Assembly (NCBI RefSeq): GCF_963921235.1 | Contig: NC_086097.1 | Span: 244,406,001-244,470,000, forward strand | Source: Mobula hypostoma | Taxonomy: Eukaryota | DNA length: 64,000 bases | Direction: 5' to 3' | Shown: positions 40,167-51,970 of the stretch, piece by piece | Numbering within the stretch: position 1 is the first letter of the stretch | Layout: every line of letters starts with the position of its first letter | Made by a program: the position numbers and the translations under genes | The notes under the pieces: generated by a model | Databases searched by the model: none | Told to the model about the DNA's origin: nothing | What the model saw: only the letters and a program-made list of their open reading frames with translations

Positions 40167-40831
40167 AACAATAATAAAAAAAAACTTACTTATTTATTCC
40201 TACGAAACCTTCAAACTGTAAAAGGTTGACTCAGAAGAAAGGTAGGCCAATCAATTCAAAGATTCAAGGTACATTTATTATCGAAGTATGTGTGCAGTAT
40301 ACAACCCTGAAATTCGTCTTCCCTACAGACAGCCCCAAAACAAAGATGAACCATGGAACCAACCCATTCAAAGAAAACCATCGAACTCCCCTACACCCCC
40401 ACGTGAAAACAAATCGCGCAAACGGCAACAAAAAAAAATCAAATACAGAATATAAAACACAAAATAAAAGAGCATATTTCAGTACAATTCGGCTCAGTGT
40501 TCATTATCTGCAGGGCCACCCAAATCAAAAATTTCCCAAAATATGGCTACCATTTAGCTCAAACTATCCAAGTGAATATTGAAGTTTGGACACATTCATT
40601 TTGAAGAGCCCCTGCTGACCGACACCAGACATGAATTAAACACAAGATTCTGCAGATGCTGAAAATCTTGAGCAACACACACAAAATACTGGAGGAACTC
40701 TGCAAGTCAGGCGGTACCTACTGAGTAGAACAAACAGCCTTTTTTACGAAGCAACTTGATAAGGATTTCAGACAAAGTTAGCAAATTAAAGATTAAAGAT
40801 TAGCTTTATTTATCACATGTACATCAAAACA

Positions 40832-41345
40832 TACACTTAAATACCCAATAAAGTGGCCACTGAGCACATATTCATGATCTTCTGCTACTGCAGCCCATCC
40901 ACTTCAAGTTTCAACATGTTGTTCGTTCAGAGATGCTCTTCTGCACACCACTGTTGTAACACATGGTTATTTCGGGTACTGTCATCTTCCTGCCAGCTTG
41001 AACCAGTCTGGCCGTTCTCCTCTGGTCTCTTCCATTAGCAAGGTGTTTTCCCCACACAGCTGCTACTCACTGCACATTCTGTTTGTTTTTCACACCAGTC
41101 TTGTAAAATCTATGGACTGCTGTGCGTGAAAATCCCAGGAGATCAGCAGTTTCTGAGGCATTCAAACCACCCCATCTAGCACCAACAATCATTCCCTGGT
41201 CAAAGTCACTTATTTCTTCCCCACTCCGATGTCTGGTCTGAACAACAGAACCTCTTGACCATGTTGTTGCCACATAATTTGCTGATAAGACATTTACGTT
41301 AACAAGCAGGTGTGCGTGTACCTAATAATGTGGCCACTGAGTATA
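40832..41345 (-). mobile_element. Tc1-like non-autonomous DNA transposon
   Basis: Transposase HTH remnant SDFDQGMIVGARWGGLNASETADLLGFSRT. Terminal motif tacc.aataa.gtggccactgag at 40842 and 41319, with TA at the ends. Confidence 0.75.
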
Positions 41346-41524
41346 CAGTAAAATGTATTGTTTGCGTCTACGATCAACATAGTCTAAGGTCGTGTTGGGT
41401 GAAACCCACGTGTCACCATGCTTCCGTCACCAACATAGGCAGCTGAACAACTTACTAACCCTCACCTGTATGCCTTTAGAATGTGGGAGGAAACCCATGT
41501 GGTCACAGGGAGAACTCCTTACTG

Positions 41525-42127
41525 GACTGTAAGGGTGTAATGCTGAAGCTTTATAAGGCATTGGTCAGAAGGCACTGGGAGTATTGCGAGCAGTTTTGGG
41601 CCCCGTATCTAAGAAAAGTTATGCTGGCAATGAAGAGGAGGTTCACGAGAATAATTCAGGAATGAAAGAGTTAATGATTGAGGAGCCTACTCACTAGGCC
41701 TGTACTCTCTGGAGTTTAGAAGAATGGCGGGGGGGGGGGGGGATCTCACTGAAAACAACCAAATATTGAAAGGCCGAGATAGAGTGGATCTAGAGAGGAT
41801 GTCTCCAATAGTGGGGGGAGTCTAGGACCAGAGGACACAGCCTCAGGATAGAAGGACTCCCATTTAGAATAGAGATGAGAAGAAATTCCTTTAGCCAGAG
41901 TATGGTGGATCTGTGGAATTCATTGCCACAGGTGGCTGTGGAGGCCAAGTCATTGGATATATTTAAAGCAGAGATTGATAGGTTGTTGATTAGTCAGGGC
42001 GTCAAAGGTTACGGAGAGAAAGCAGGAGAATGAGGTTGAGATCGATAATTAATCAGCCATGATGGAATCTTGGAGCAGACTCAATGGGCCAAATGGCCTA
42101 ATTCTTTTCCTATGCCTGATGGTCTTA
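41525..42127 (+). mobile_element. CR1 3' fragment inserted in a V-SINE
   Basis: LYKALVR...EYCEQFWAPYL and a CR1 3'UTR. Confidence 0.8.
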
Positions 42128-44488
42128 CAGAGAGCAGGTGGTATTGAACCCCAATCTCTGGTGCTGTAAGTGTTACACTTATCTCTAAACTACCGTGCTG
42201 CCCTGCAAGGTAATCCCAGTCAGACATACACATTGAAAGATGTTCATGTCATCATGGTGCAAACAGTGGATTCCGAACAGTGAAGATAATTAAGTTGCAG
42301 AGTGATTTGTGAGCTTTTGTTCGTGCTCATGCAAAGGTCTGATTGCGGAAAATCAAACATGGACTAGCGAGGAAAACAAAAGAATTGGGAAGCAAAGAGC
42401 GTGTTTGAAGGGAGAGAAGATTTCAGAAGCAATGTTCTGACTGGTTGCATCACAGCCTCGAATGGAAACATCAAGGTCCAGGAATGGAAAAGAAGGGAAT
42501 ACAGCCAGCCCACCCCAGGTAAAGCATCAGGAAGGAGGTACAGGAGCACCAAGTACCACACTACCAGGTTCAGGAACAATTATTACCCTTCAGACATTAG
42601 ACCCCTGAACCAGAGAGGCTGACTTCACTCACCTCAACTCTGAACTGTTCCCCCAACCTCCAGACTCACTTTCAAGGATTCTTCATCTCATGCTCTCAAT
42701 ATTATGATTATCATTTTGATCGTTTTTATCTTTTTGTATTTGCAGCTCGTTGTCTTCAGCACATTAATTGCTTCTCCGTTTTGGGTGCGGTTTGTCATTG
42801 ATTCTGTTGTGTTTCTTTGTATTTACTGTGAACGCCCACAAGAAAATGAATCTCAGAGTTGTATATGGTGACATATATGTACTTTGGTAATAAATTTACT
42901 TTGAACTTTATTCTTAGGTCCCACACCACCAGATTCAGGAACAGTTATTACCCTTCAATCATCAGGCTCCTGAACCAGTGTGGATAACTTCACTCACCTC
43001 AACTCTCAGCTGATCACTAAACACAACTTATGGACTGATTTTCAAGGATTCTACAAACTCGTTCTCAATATTACTTATTTACTTTTTTTTGTATTTGCAC
43101 AACTTGTCTTCTTTTGCACATCGCTTGCTAGTTGTGTGGGTATTTTTAAAATTGATTCTTTTGTATTTCTGTGAATGCCTGGAAGAAAATGTATCTCTGG
43201 GTGGTAGATGGTGACACATACATTATTTGATAATAATTCAACTTTGAACGTTTCATGGAGAGAGGGTTTTTTTGAGAAGAACATGTCATTTGTTGCATTA
43301 CAGATAAAGTGTAGCTTTATTTGTCAAATGTACATTGAAACGTACAGTGAAATGTGTCGTTTGCATCCAGATTGAAGCTCAAAGGTCAACTGGAAGCCCA
43401 GTCGAGGCCCAATGGCCAGAGCCTGAGTCTGCAGATCTCCGCAAGTCCGCTGTGGGGAATTCGGGGCCCGGTGTCTGTGAATCCTTGATTCCTCTGGAGG
43501 CTGGAGTTTTAAAAAAAGACAACCTGTCCTGGGGTTAGATGACCGTGTGTGTGCATGGCTCGATGGAACAGGGCTCGTTTTATGTTGTGGCTTAGTTACT
43601 TGATATGTTCTGTGTTGTTCTGCTGAGCATGGTGTACAAGCTACATCGGCGCCAGAGTGTGTGATGACACTTGTGGGCTGCCCCCCCCCAGCAGGAAGGG
43701 AGGAGTTCACATATTGTACAAGCAGCGTCATCAATAAAGTTCAGTTGAATACCCGGCTTGCTGGCGTCCTGTTGTGCTCTGCACCATCCCTCAATATCAA
43801 ACACAAAAATCTGGGACCAACATAGCACGCCCACAACCCGTATGTCTTTAGAACAAGGAGCACCCGGAAGAAACCCATGCGGTCAGCAGGAGGAGATGAC
43901 AGCAGCAGAATTAAACCCGGGTCACTGGGGTTGTAATAGTGTTACGCCTTCATTGCTCTGTGATTCAACTCTTTGAAAAGGCAGATCACAATAGTGGAGA
44001 GCAGGTTTAATAGTGAACCTGAAGAAGCAACTGTGCATTCAAATGTGAGAGCCTGAATAATTGTTCGCAAGGCTGGTGTCGATCATAATGCTTCAGCGAT
44101 CCATCGTCCCATTTCATTCCATCTGCTAAGATGGCCTTCACCACACTGTTGGGTGCATTTCCTGCCAACTATCTCACACAGGATATCATCTACAAGCTGC
44201 TGCAAAGACACGGGTTCAACTTCTGGCATGGAGATTTTGTAACCGAAGATTGGAGAGAAATAAAGTCTTAACAGTATCTAATGAAAGGAAGGTTGTGTAT
44301 TGATCGAAGCCTATTAACCTCCACAGTACATCCAACGATAACAGCGTGCAATTGTAAATATACCCACTTTCACAACTCCAAAGCAATCAACAAACCAAGA
44401 CTAATCCAGCTTTGCAAAGAGCACACTGTGATAAATTGCCTCATACATTTGTTTAGCCCTTTTGTATTCCACTTCAGTGGGCACCATC

Positions 44489-44781
44489 GGGTGGCACAGT
44501 GGCGTAGTGGTCAGCACGACGATTTATAGTGCCGGCGACACGGGTTCAATTCCCGCCGCTGCCTGTAAGGAGTTTGTACGTCCTTCCCGCGACCGGGTGG
44601 GTTTCCTCCGGGTGCTCCAGTTTCCTCCCACAGTCCAAAGGCGTACCGGTTGGTAGGTTAGTTGGTCATTGTAAACTGCCCTGTGATTAGGCTAGAGTTA
44701 AATCTGGGGTTTCTGGGCGGCGGAGATCAAAGTGCAGAAGGATCTACTCTGCACTGTATCTCAATAAAATAAAAATTAATA
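44489..44781 (+). mobile_element. Relatively intact tRNA-derived V-SINE (HE1-like)
   Basis: A box TGGCGTAGTGG, B box GGTTCAATTCC, V core gggtttcctccgggtgctccagtttcctcccacagtccaaag, A-rich tail, and 6-bp TSD accatc. Confidence 0.85.
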
Positions 44782-45509
44782 ACCATCTAATGAATTGTCT
44801 AACTTGACTGAAGAAATCTGGACTCCCTGTCCTTATTGAATTTCCAAAATCCATCAGATTTGTTATATTTTTAAAAAGTACTACCTCTCTCACCCATGTA
44901 CAATACCTCACTACTTTGTTCTTTCTTTTTGCTCTCTTTTTTCACTGCTTATTTCATTTGATATATTTTTATTGTAATCTATAGTTTTTTATTATTATGT
45001 ATTGCAATGTACAGCTGCCACCAAAAAAAAACAAATGCCAATGATATTAAACCTGATCCTGAAGCAAAGTGAAACAGTTGCTTTAGGACATAGTGCTGGT
45101 AGGAAGATTAGCAGACAATGTAAACATTGGTTCCAAACTACCTGCAACACTTGAAAGCAAAAACGTTGGAATAAAAAGTTATTTAAAATTTCAAGCGATC
45201 ATATACTGGTTAAGGCACAGAGAGAACAAGTGAGACATTGCATATGAATTTATTAAATTCTACCTACTACTGCATACAACTCCAGAAGCAGACTTCAGTA
45301 ATGCAACAATTTGTTTTAAAAATCTGAAAAAAAGGCCATCAATACCACAGGATATTTCAGACCAAAAGGGTCTTGCACGTCTCGGAAGAAAACCTGGACT
45401 ACCAAATGATGGGATAAAGATCGAGGGATTCCCAAACTTTTTTATGCCATAGACTCCTACTATTAACAGGAACCACTGCTCTAAATATTTTTTGGGACAC
45501 TACTATGGC

Positions 45510-45790
45510 AGCATTGTGGCTAGCAGAATGTTTTTCCTGTGCCAGTGATTAGGGTTCGATTCTCATTGCTGTCTAAGGAGTTTATACCTTCTGTCTGTGA
45601 CTGTGTGGGTTTCCTCCGGGTGCTCTGGTTTCCTCCCACAGTCCAAAAGGCATACTGGTTAGGATTAGGAAGTTGTGGGAATGCTACATTGGCACCAGAA
45701 GATGGCAATCCTTGCATAACCTTGGACTATGTTGGTCGTTGATACAAACAATGCATTTCACTGTACATACATGTGACAAATAAAACTGAT
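45510..45790 (+). mobile_element. V-SINE
   Basis: B box ggttcgattc and V core. Confidence 0.7.
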
Positions 45791-46064
45791 CTTTAAAGGC
45801 CAGATATTGATCTTCGCTTTGAGGACACTTAAATATTGAGGGAGACCGACCTCCATCATCTCTTGGGTAGTGCATTTCAGATTCCAACATTGGGTGTAAA
45901 AACTCCTTCCTCATCTCCAAGCCCTTATTTTCAACAAGTGCTTTCTGGTTCTGGGCACCTCTGCTGTGAAGTGTTCCACTCTCTACCCAATGTCCTTCAT
46001 AATTCTGTACATCTGGTTCCAATTTCACCTCCAGGGAAAACATTCCAGTTTGTCCAGTCTCCAA

Positions 46065-46640
46065 ATACAAGAGATTCTGCAGATGCCAGAAATCCAGAAC
46101 AGCACATACACACAATGTGGCCGAAGGAACTCAGAAGTTTAGGCAGTAGCTATGGAGGGGAATAAACAGTCAGTGTTTTGGACTGAGACCCTGGAAAGGA
46201 AGGGGGAAGAAGCCAGAATAGGGAGGTGGAGAGGAAGGGAAGGAGTACAAGCTGGCAGGTGAAAGGCGAAGCCAAGTGAGGAGGAAGGGGGGTCGGTGTG
46301 GGAGTGGGGATGAACTAAGAAGCTCAGAGACGATTGGTGGAAAAGGTCAATGGATGAAGAAGGAGGAGGAATCTGATAGGAGAGGAGACTGGACCATGGG
46401 AGAACAAGAAACAGGAGGGGCACCAGAGGGAGGTGATGGGCAGGTGAGGAGGGAAGGGGCAGGAGGGGATCTAGATAAGGAATAGAAAAAGAAAGAGAGA
46501 AGGGGGAGGGGGAGAAATTACCAGAAGTTAGAGAAATTGATATCCATGTCATCAGGTTGGAAGTTATCCAGGCGGAATATGAGGTGCTGCTCCTCTAACC
46601 TGAGAGTGGTCTCGTTGTAACAGTAGAGGAGGACATGTCG
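46065..46640 (-). mobile_element. Older Penelope-like fragment
   Basis: RLEEQHLIFRL...QPDDMDINFSNF followed by the 3' repeat. Confidence 0.7.
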
Positions 46641-47018
46641 GAATAGGCAGTCGCTCCTCATTGCAGAAATTTTCCATCCCGGGCCACATCCACTTGAATT
46701 TCTTCCGCAACTTCCCTCTGTAATCACATTCCTTTTATGGTGCGGTGCTCGGAACAGTATGCAGTGATTAAGCGGGGTCCTCACCATCGTCTGATTTGTT
46801 TGTATTATCACCCCCACATGGAATACTCAATGCCTGTGCTAATGTTACAAAGGTTGGTGGAGCTGTGGATAATGCAGAAGATTCTCATGGGTTACAATGT
46901 GACATTGACAGGATGCAGAGTTGGCCTGTGAAATAGCAGATGGAGTTCAACCCACAAAAGTGTGAAGTGATTCACTCTGGAACGTTGAATACAGCAGAAT
47001 ACAGCAATAATGATAGGA

Positions 47019-47199
47019 ACACACATCAAAGTTGCTGGTGAACGCAGCAGGCCCGGCAGCATCTCCAGGAGAGGGACAGTCAACGTTTCGGGCCGAGACC
47101 CTTCGTCAGGACTAACTGAAGGAACAGCTAGTAAGAGATGTGAAAGTGGGAGGGGGAGGGGGAGATCCAAAATGATAGGAGCTCTTCCTTCAGTTTTTA
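47019..47199 (-). mobile_element. Short PLE insertion into a CR1 (46850-47870), carrying an intact hammerhead motif (47078-47113, GUU triplet)
   Basis: 13-bp TSD aataatgatagga (47006-47018 / 47200-47212). The minus strand reads AGUC-CUGACGA-AGGGUCUCGGCCC-GAAAC-GUU|GACU. Confidence 0.8.
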
Positions 47200-47884
47200 A
47201 ATAATGATAGGATTCTTAGCAGCGTGGAGGAACAGAGGGATATTGGGGTACAAGTCCACAGATCCCTCAAAGTTGCCATGCAAGTTGATAGGGTGGTTAA
47301 GAAGGTGTATGGTGTGTTAGGAAGGGGATTGAGTTCAAGAGCCATGAGGTAATATGGCTGCTCTATAGAACCCTGCTCGGCCACACTTGAAATAGTGTGT
47401 TCAGTTCTGCTCAGCTCATTATAGGAAGGATGTGTAAGCTTTAGGGAGGGTGCAGAGGATTTACTGGGATGCTGGCTGGACTAGAGTGCGTGCCTTCTGA
47501 GGATAGGTTAAGCAACATAAGGCTTTTCTCTTTGGAGTGAAGGAGGATGAGAGGTGACATGATTGAGGTATACAAGGTAATAAGAGACATAGGTCAAGTG
47601 GATGGTCAGAGGCTCATACCGGGGGGGGGGGGGGTATAACTTTAAAGTGACTTTTAGAAGATATGGGGGGGATGTCAGAGGTGAGTACACAGAATGCCCC
47701 GCCGAGGCAGGTACATCAGGGACAATTAAGATACTCTGAGATAGGCACATGGATGAAAGAATAAGTGGAGAGCAATGTAAAAGGGAAGGGTTAGATTAAT
47801 ACTAGAGTAGATTAAAAGGTCAGCACAACATTGTGGGCTGAAGAGCCTGTACTGATTTGTAATGTTCTATGTTCTTGTTGACCT

Positions 47885-48285
47885 CCAAGGGGACCACAAC
47901 CTCGTCGTTGGGTTTGGAGGCTTGCGTGCCTTAATGACCCAGAGAGCTATGTTGGCTGGAGCCAGGGCTTTATGCTTTGGCACTTGGTAGGGTCACCCAT
48001 GCCAAACAGGTCAAAGGGTAGAGGCCAGGCTAAGAGTGGTCCACCGGTCCTCCAGGTTCAGGGGTTCAGCTCAGGGCTAACAATCCTGTCTGGTAAAACA
48101 AAACAGTTACAAAAACATCAATAAAGAATTCTTCTGCATCTGAGTCTCCACTCAGGTCTTGCATGACTGACAGTAGTGAAAGCTGAGAGGAATCTACTGG
48201 CACGATGAAGAAAGCCTTGACCACCACCAGAGATGGAGGACCTTCATTGCTTCCCTAAATTCCAAACAGCGTAATGGGCAAAAGA
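47885..48285 (+). mobile_element. Bipartite RTE-derived non-autonomous element
   Basis: 5' part resembles RTE/Expander 5'UTRs (ggcttgcgtgcc...agggtcacccatgcc...gaggccag.ctaaga). 3' part encodes an RTE-end-like QRWRTFIASL. Confidence 0.55.
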
Positions 48286-49012
48286 GAGATGTTCTTATTG
48301 AAGTACTTTATCAACCTGTGCTGTTCAATACTCCAGGATTCAGATATTTCTGATGCAACAGAACAAATAGAACTCTTGACGTATGCCAGTAATAATAAAC
48401 GTGCTTCTGACTCCATGAGGATAATTTACACAGACATGCAGAAAATAATATGAGTTCTTCTGCACATTTATTCCAGTATAGTTTCAATTGCAATATCTCC
48501 AATATGACAACTATTTCTTACATTTGCTCCGAGTATGTAATTACATTTCAACCAAATGGTCCCCAATAATTCCCACATTTCATCATTTTAGACACACTCA
48601 TGGTTCCACATCACATCAGATCGCAGCTCCCATCGATGGCCTCTGTGAGGAGAGGGAAGTACTTCTCCATCCTACCCAACACACTGTTCCATGGCTCCCC
48701 ACAGATGGTTCTCACCCAACCATGGTAGCCAAACTAGCCCCAGCCTACCCCTCAATCCCTGCCATGGACCCTCACTTCCTTGACTACCAACCTCCATGGA
48801 CCCCAGCCTCTAAGCATCACAGTCACGTAGCAATTTGCATAACGCTTTACAGTACCAGCGATCAATGTTCAATTCCGGCCGGTGTCTGTAAGAAGTTTGT
48901 ACTTTCTCCCCATGACCGCGTGGGTTTCCTCCTACAGTCCAAAGATCTACATTTAGGGTTAGGGTTAATAAGTTATGGGTATGGTATGTTGGCACCAGAA
49001 GCATGCCAACAC

Positions 49013-49182
49013 AACACTCACAACACGCTAGAGGAACTCAATAGGTCGGGCAGCATCCGTGGAAGCAATGAGTCGACGTTCGACTCATCATTTCCACGGA
49101 TGCTGCCCGACCTGCTGAGTTCCTGCAGCGTGTTGTGAGTGTTGCTTTGACCCCAGCATCTGCAGATTATTTTTTGATTACG
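49013..49182. mobile_element. Fold-back PLE-tail insertion inside a V-SINE
   Basis: ~65-bp inverted arms (49012-49076 / 49080-49144) and 16-bp TSD agaagcatgccaacac (48997-49012 / 49183-49198). Confidence 0.85.
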
Positions 49183-49249
49183 AGAAGCATGCCAACACTT
49201 GCGGGCTGTCCCCAGCACCTCTTTGGACTGTTGGTTATTGACACAAACC

Positions 49250-49713
49250 GGGAATGAGAGGGTTAACATATGAGGAACGTTTGTCCGCTCTTGGACTGTA
49301 TTCCTTGGAGTTTAGAAGAATGAGGGGCGACCTCATAGAAACATTTCGAATGTTAAAAGGCATGGACAGAGTGGATGTGGCAAAGTTGTTTCCCATGATG
49401 GGGGAGTCTAGTACGAGAGGGCATGACTTCAGGATTGAAGGGCGCCCTTTCAGAACAGAAATGCGAAAAAAATTTTTTAGTCAGAGGGTGGTGAATCTGT
49501 GGAATTTATTGCCACGGGCAGCAGTGGAGGCCAAGTCATTGGGTGTATTTAAGGCAGAGATTGATAGGTATCTGAGTAGCCAGGGCATCAAAGGTTATGG
49601 TGAGAAGGTGGGGCAGTGGGACTAAATAGGATAAAATGGATCAGCTCATGATAAAATGGCGGAGCAGACTCGATGGGCCAAATGGCCTACTTCTGCTCCT
49701 TTGTCTTATGGTC
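49250..49713 (+). mobile_element. Young CR1 3' fragment
   Basis: Uninterrupted 123-aa ORF2 C-terminus (YEERL...RGHD...FFSQRVVNLWN) plus 3'UTR. Confidence 0.85.
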
Positions 49714-50685
49714 AAACGATGCATTTCACTGTATGTTTCCATATACAACACAGGAGTAAAATTAAACCATTCGGCCCATCGAGTCTGATCCGCCATTCCG
49801 TCATGGCTGATTTATTTTCCTTCTGAACCCCATTCTTCTGCCTTCTCCCTGTAACCTTTGACATCCTTACTAATCAATAATCTATCAATCTCCAATTTAA
49901 ATATACCTAATATTCCCAGAGACTTCACCACCAGGGCCATCTATGGCAATGAATTCCACAGATTCACCACCCTCTGGCTAAAAAAATGTCCTCTTCATCT
50001 TCATTCTAAAGGGACAGCCATGTATTCTGAGGCAGTGCCCTCTGGTCCTAGACTCCTCCACTACAGGAAACATACACATCCACACTGTTTAGGCCATTCA
50101 ATTTTGGATAGGTTTCAATGAGATCAACCCCATTCGTCTCAATTCCATCGAGTACAAGCCGGCACTATCAAATGCTCCTCATACATTAACCATTTCATTC
50201 CTGAGATTATTCTCATGAGCCTCCTCAAGACACTCCCCAATACCAGCACATCCTTTCTTAGATAAGGGGCCCAAAACGGCTCACAATACTCCAAGTGAGG
50301 TCTGACCTTATAAAGTCTCAGATTCAACTCACAGTTGTTTGGGAAAAAACAACGCTATGTTTTTCTTAGAATATGATTACAAATCCAAATAAATAAGATA
50401 TACCCAATGGCTTGACCTCCAAGGCCATCTATGGCAATGAATTCCATAGATTCATCACCATCTGACTAAAGAAATTCCTCCTCATCTCCGTTCTAAAGGG
50501 ACGTCCTTGAGTTTTGTGGTTGGTGCACTCTGATCCTAGACTTCCCCCAAATATACATGATTCAATGTATGGTATGAGCAACAGATAAAGCTAATCCTTA
50601 AAATCTTCACATTTTTACTTCCCCACTGCCCCCTCTTCACCAGTTCTACCTCATCAACCGTCTTGGATGCACCCTCTTCACCCAT

Positions 50686-50725
50686 ATCTATCTATCTATC
50701 TATCTATCTATCTCTCTCTCTCTCT
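50686..50725. repeat. (CTAT)n(CT)n microsatellite
   Basis: Direct reading. Confidence 0.9.
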
Positions 50726-51199
50726 TTTTTTCTGGATGATTTCTCCAGATCCCTCACTCTCACTCTCCAGGGACCCTTTTCCCATCACCGCCACGCCACT
50801 GTTACCACCCTGTTCCCCCATCAGCCTCGCCACCAACTCCCTGGAAGGACTTTTCCCCTCAGCCATTTCTATCTCTCCCTCTGGGTGGACTACCCCCCAC
50901 CTCCTGGACATTCTCCCATCGGGTAAAAGATACAAAAGCCTGAAAGCACACACCAGCAGGCTCGTGGACAGCTTCTATCCCACGGTTATCAGACTCCTGA
51001 ACAGATCTCTTGTACGACAAGACTGACCCCTGACCTTGCACCTTATTGTTAACCCACACACTGCGCTTTCTCTGTAACTGTTACACTTTACTCTTTGTTG
51101 TTTAATTTTGTACTGCCTCATTGCACTGGGTAATGATGTGATCTGTATGAACAGTATGCAAATCAAGTTAACTTGGTCCATGTGACAATAACAAATCAA

Positions 51200-51970
51200 A
51201 ACCGATTTCTACAGTCACCCCTCAGGTTTCTATCAACTTCCACAGGAAGTTGGCTCACTTCGTCCCTTCAGCCCTTCCCCTTGATGGGCTACCCTTCACC
51301 CCCCCGCCCCGCCAACATTCTCTCCCCAATCCAAGAATGTCCCTCCTCAACTGCCTCTCCTACCTCTGCAAACCCTCTTCCTGCACTGTCTAATCCGCCA
51401 ACACCATCCCTCCAGCTCTCCATCTCTCCCTCCAAATATAGTTCCACCTCTTCTATACCCTCTTCAGTTCCCCCATATCCCATTGCCCCCTCAGCTCTCT
51501 ACACCTCCCCCACAGACCATCAGTCCCATCTCTCTCTCCCTCCTCTCTGCCCCCTCCTGCATTCCCTACACTGGCCCTCTGTTGGAACTGCCTCTCTCAC
51601 ACCCTCCAACGATCGGTTCCCCCACCCCCAGACTTCAACCCATTCATGAGGCAGCTGCATAAATAAACCCCTACTGCCTTTCCAGACCCCCCCCCCGCCT
51701 CACCTGGGGACCCCTCTCCTCCTACTCCCCCTCCATCTCCCTAGCACCACACACCCCAATGCTCTTATTCCACACTCATCCCCCGCTCCTCTCCCCACAT
51801 ATTTCCCTCCGCCTTCCTCTACATCCCTCCCCCTCCTCACCCACCCTACTTCACACCTGGCGCCCCTTCATCCCTTCTCCTCACCCCTCTCCACCCCTCG
51901 GCCTCCTCCCCCCCCCCACCACAGACCGACCACTTTCACCACCCCCACCTCCTCCCTCCCCACCCCATTC
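51200..51970 (-). repeat. Low-complexity C/pyrimidine-rich tract (G-rich on the STAC sense strand) at the start of intron 1
   Basis: Many C3-C10 runs on + (e.g. ctcctcccccccccacc, ccccacctcctccctccccacccc). Confidence 0.7.

Noticed and set aside
44489..44570. tRNA gene
   Set aside because: The A and B boxes continue directly into the V-SINE core with tail and TSD, and there is no convincing cloverleaf.
48488..49138. 216-aa ORF
   Set aside because: It runs through low-complexity DNA, a V-SINE and the PLE fold-back, with no recognisable domain.
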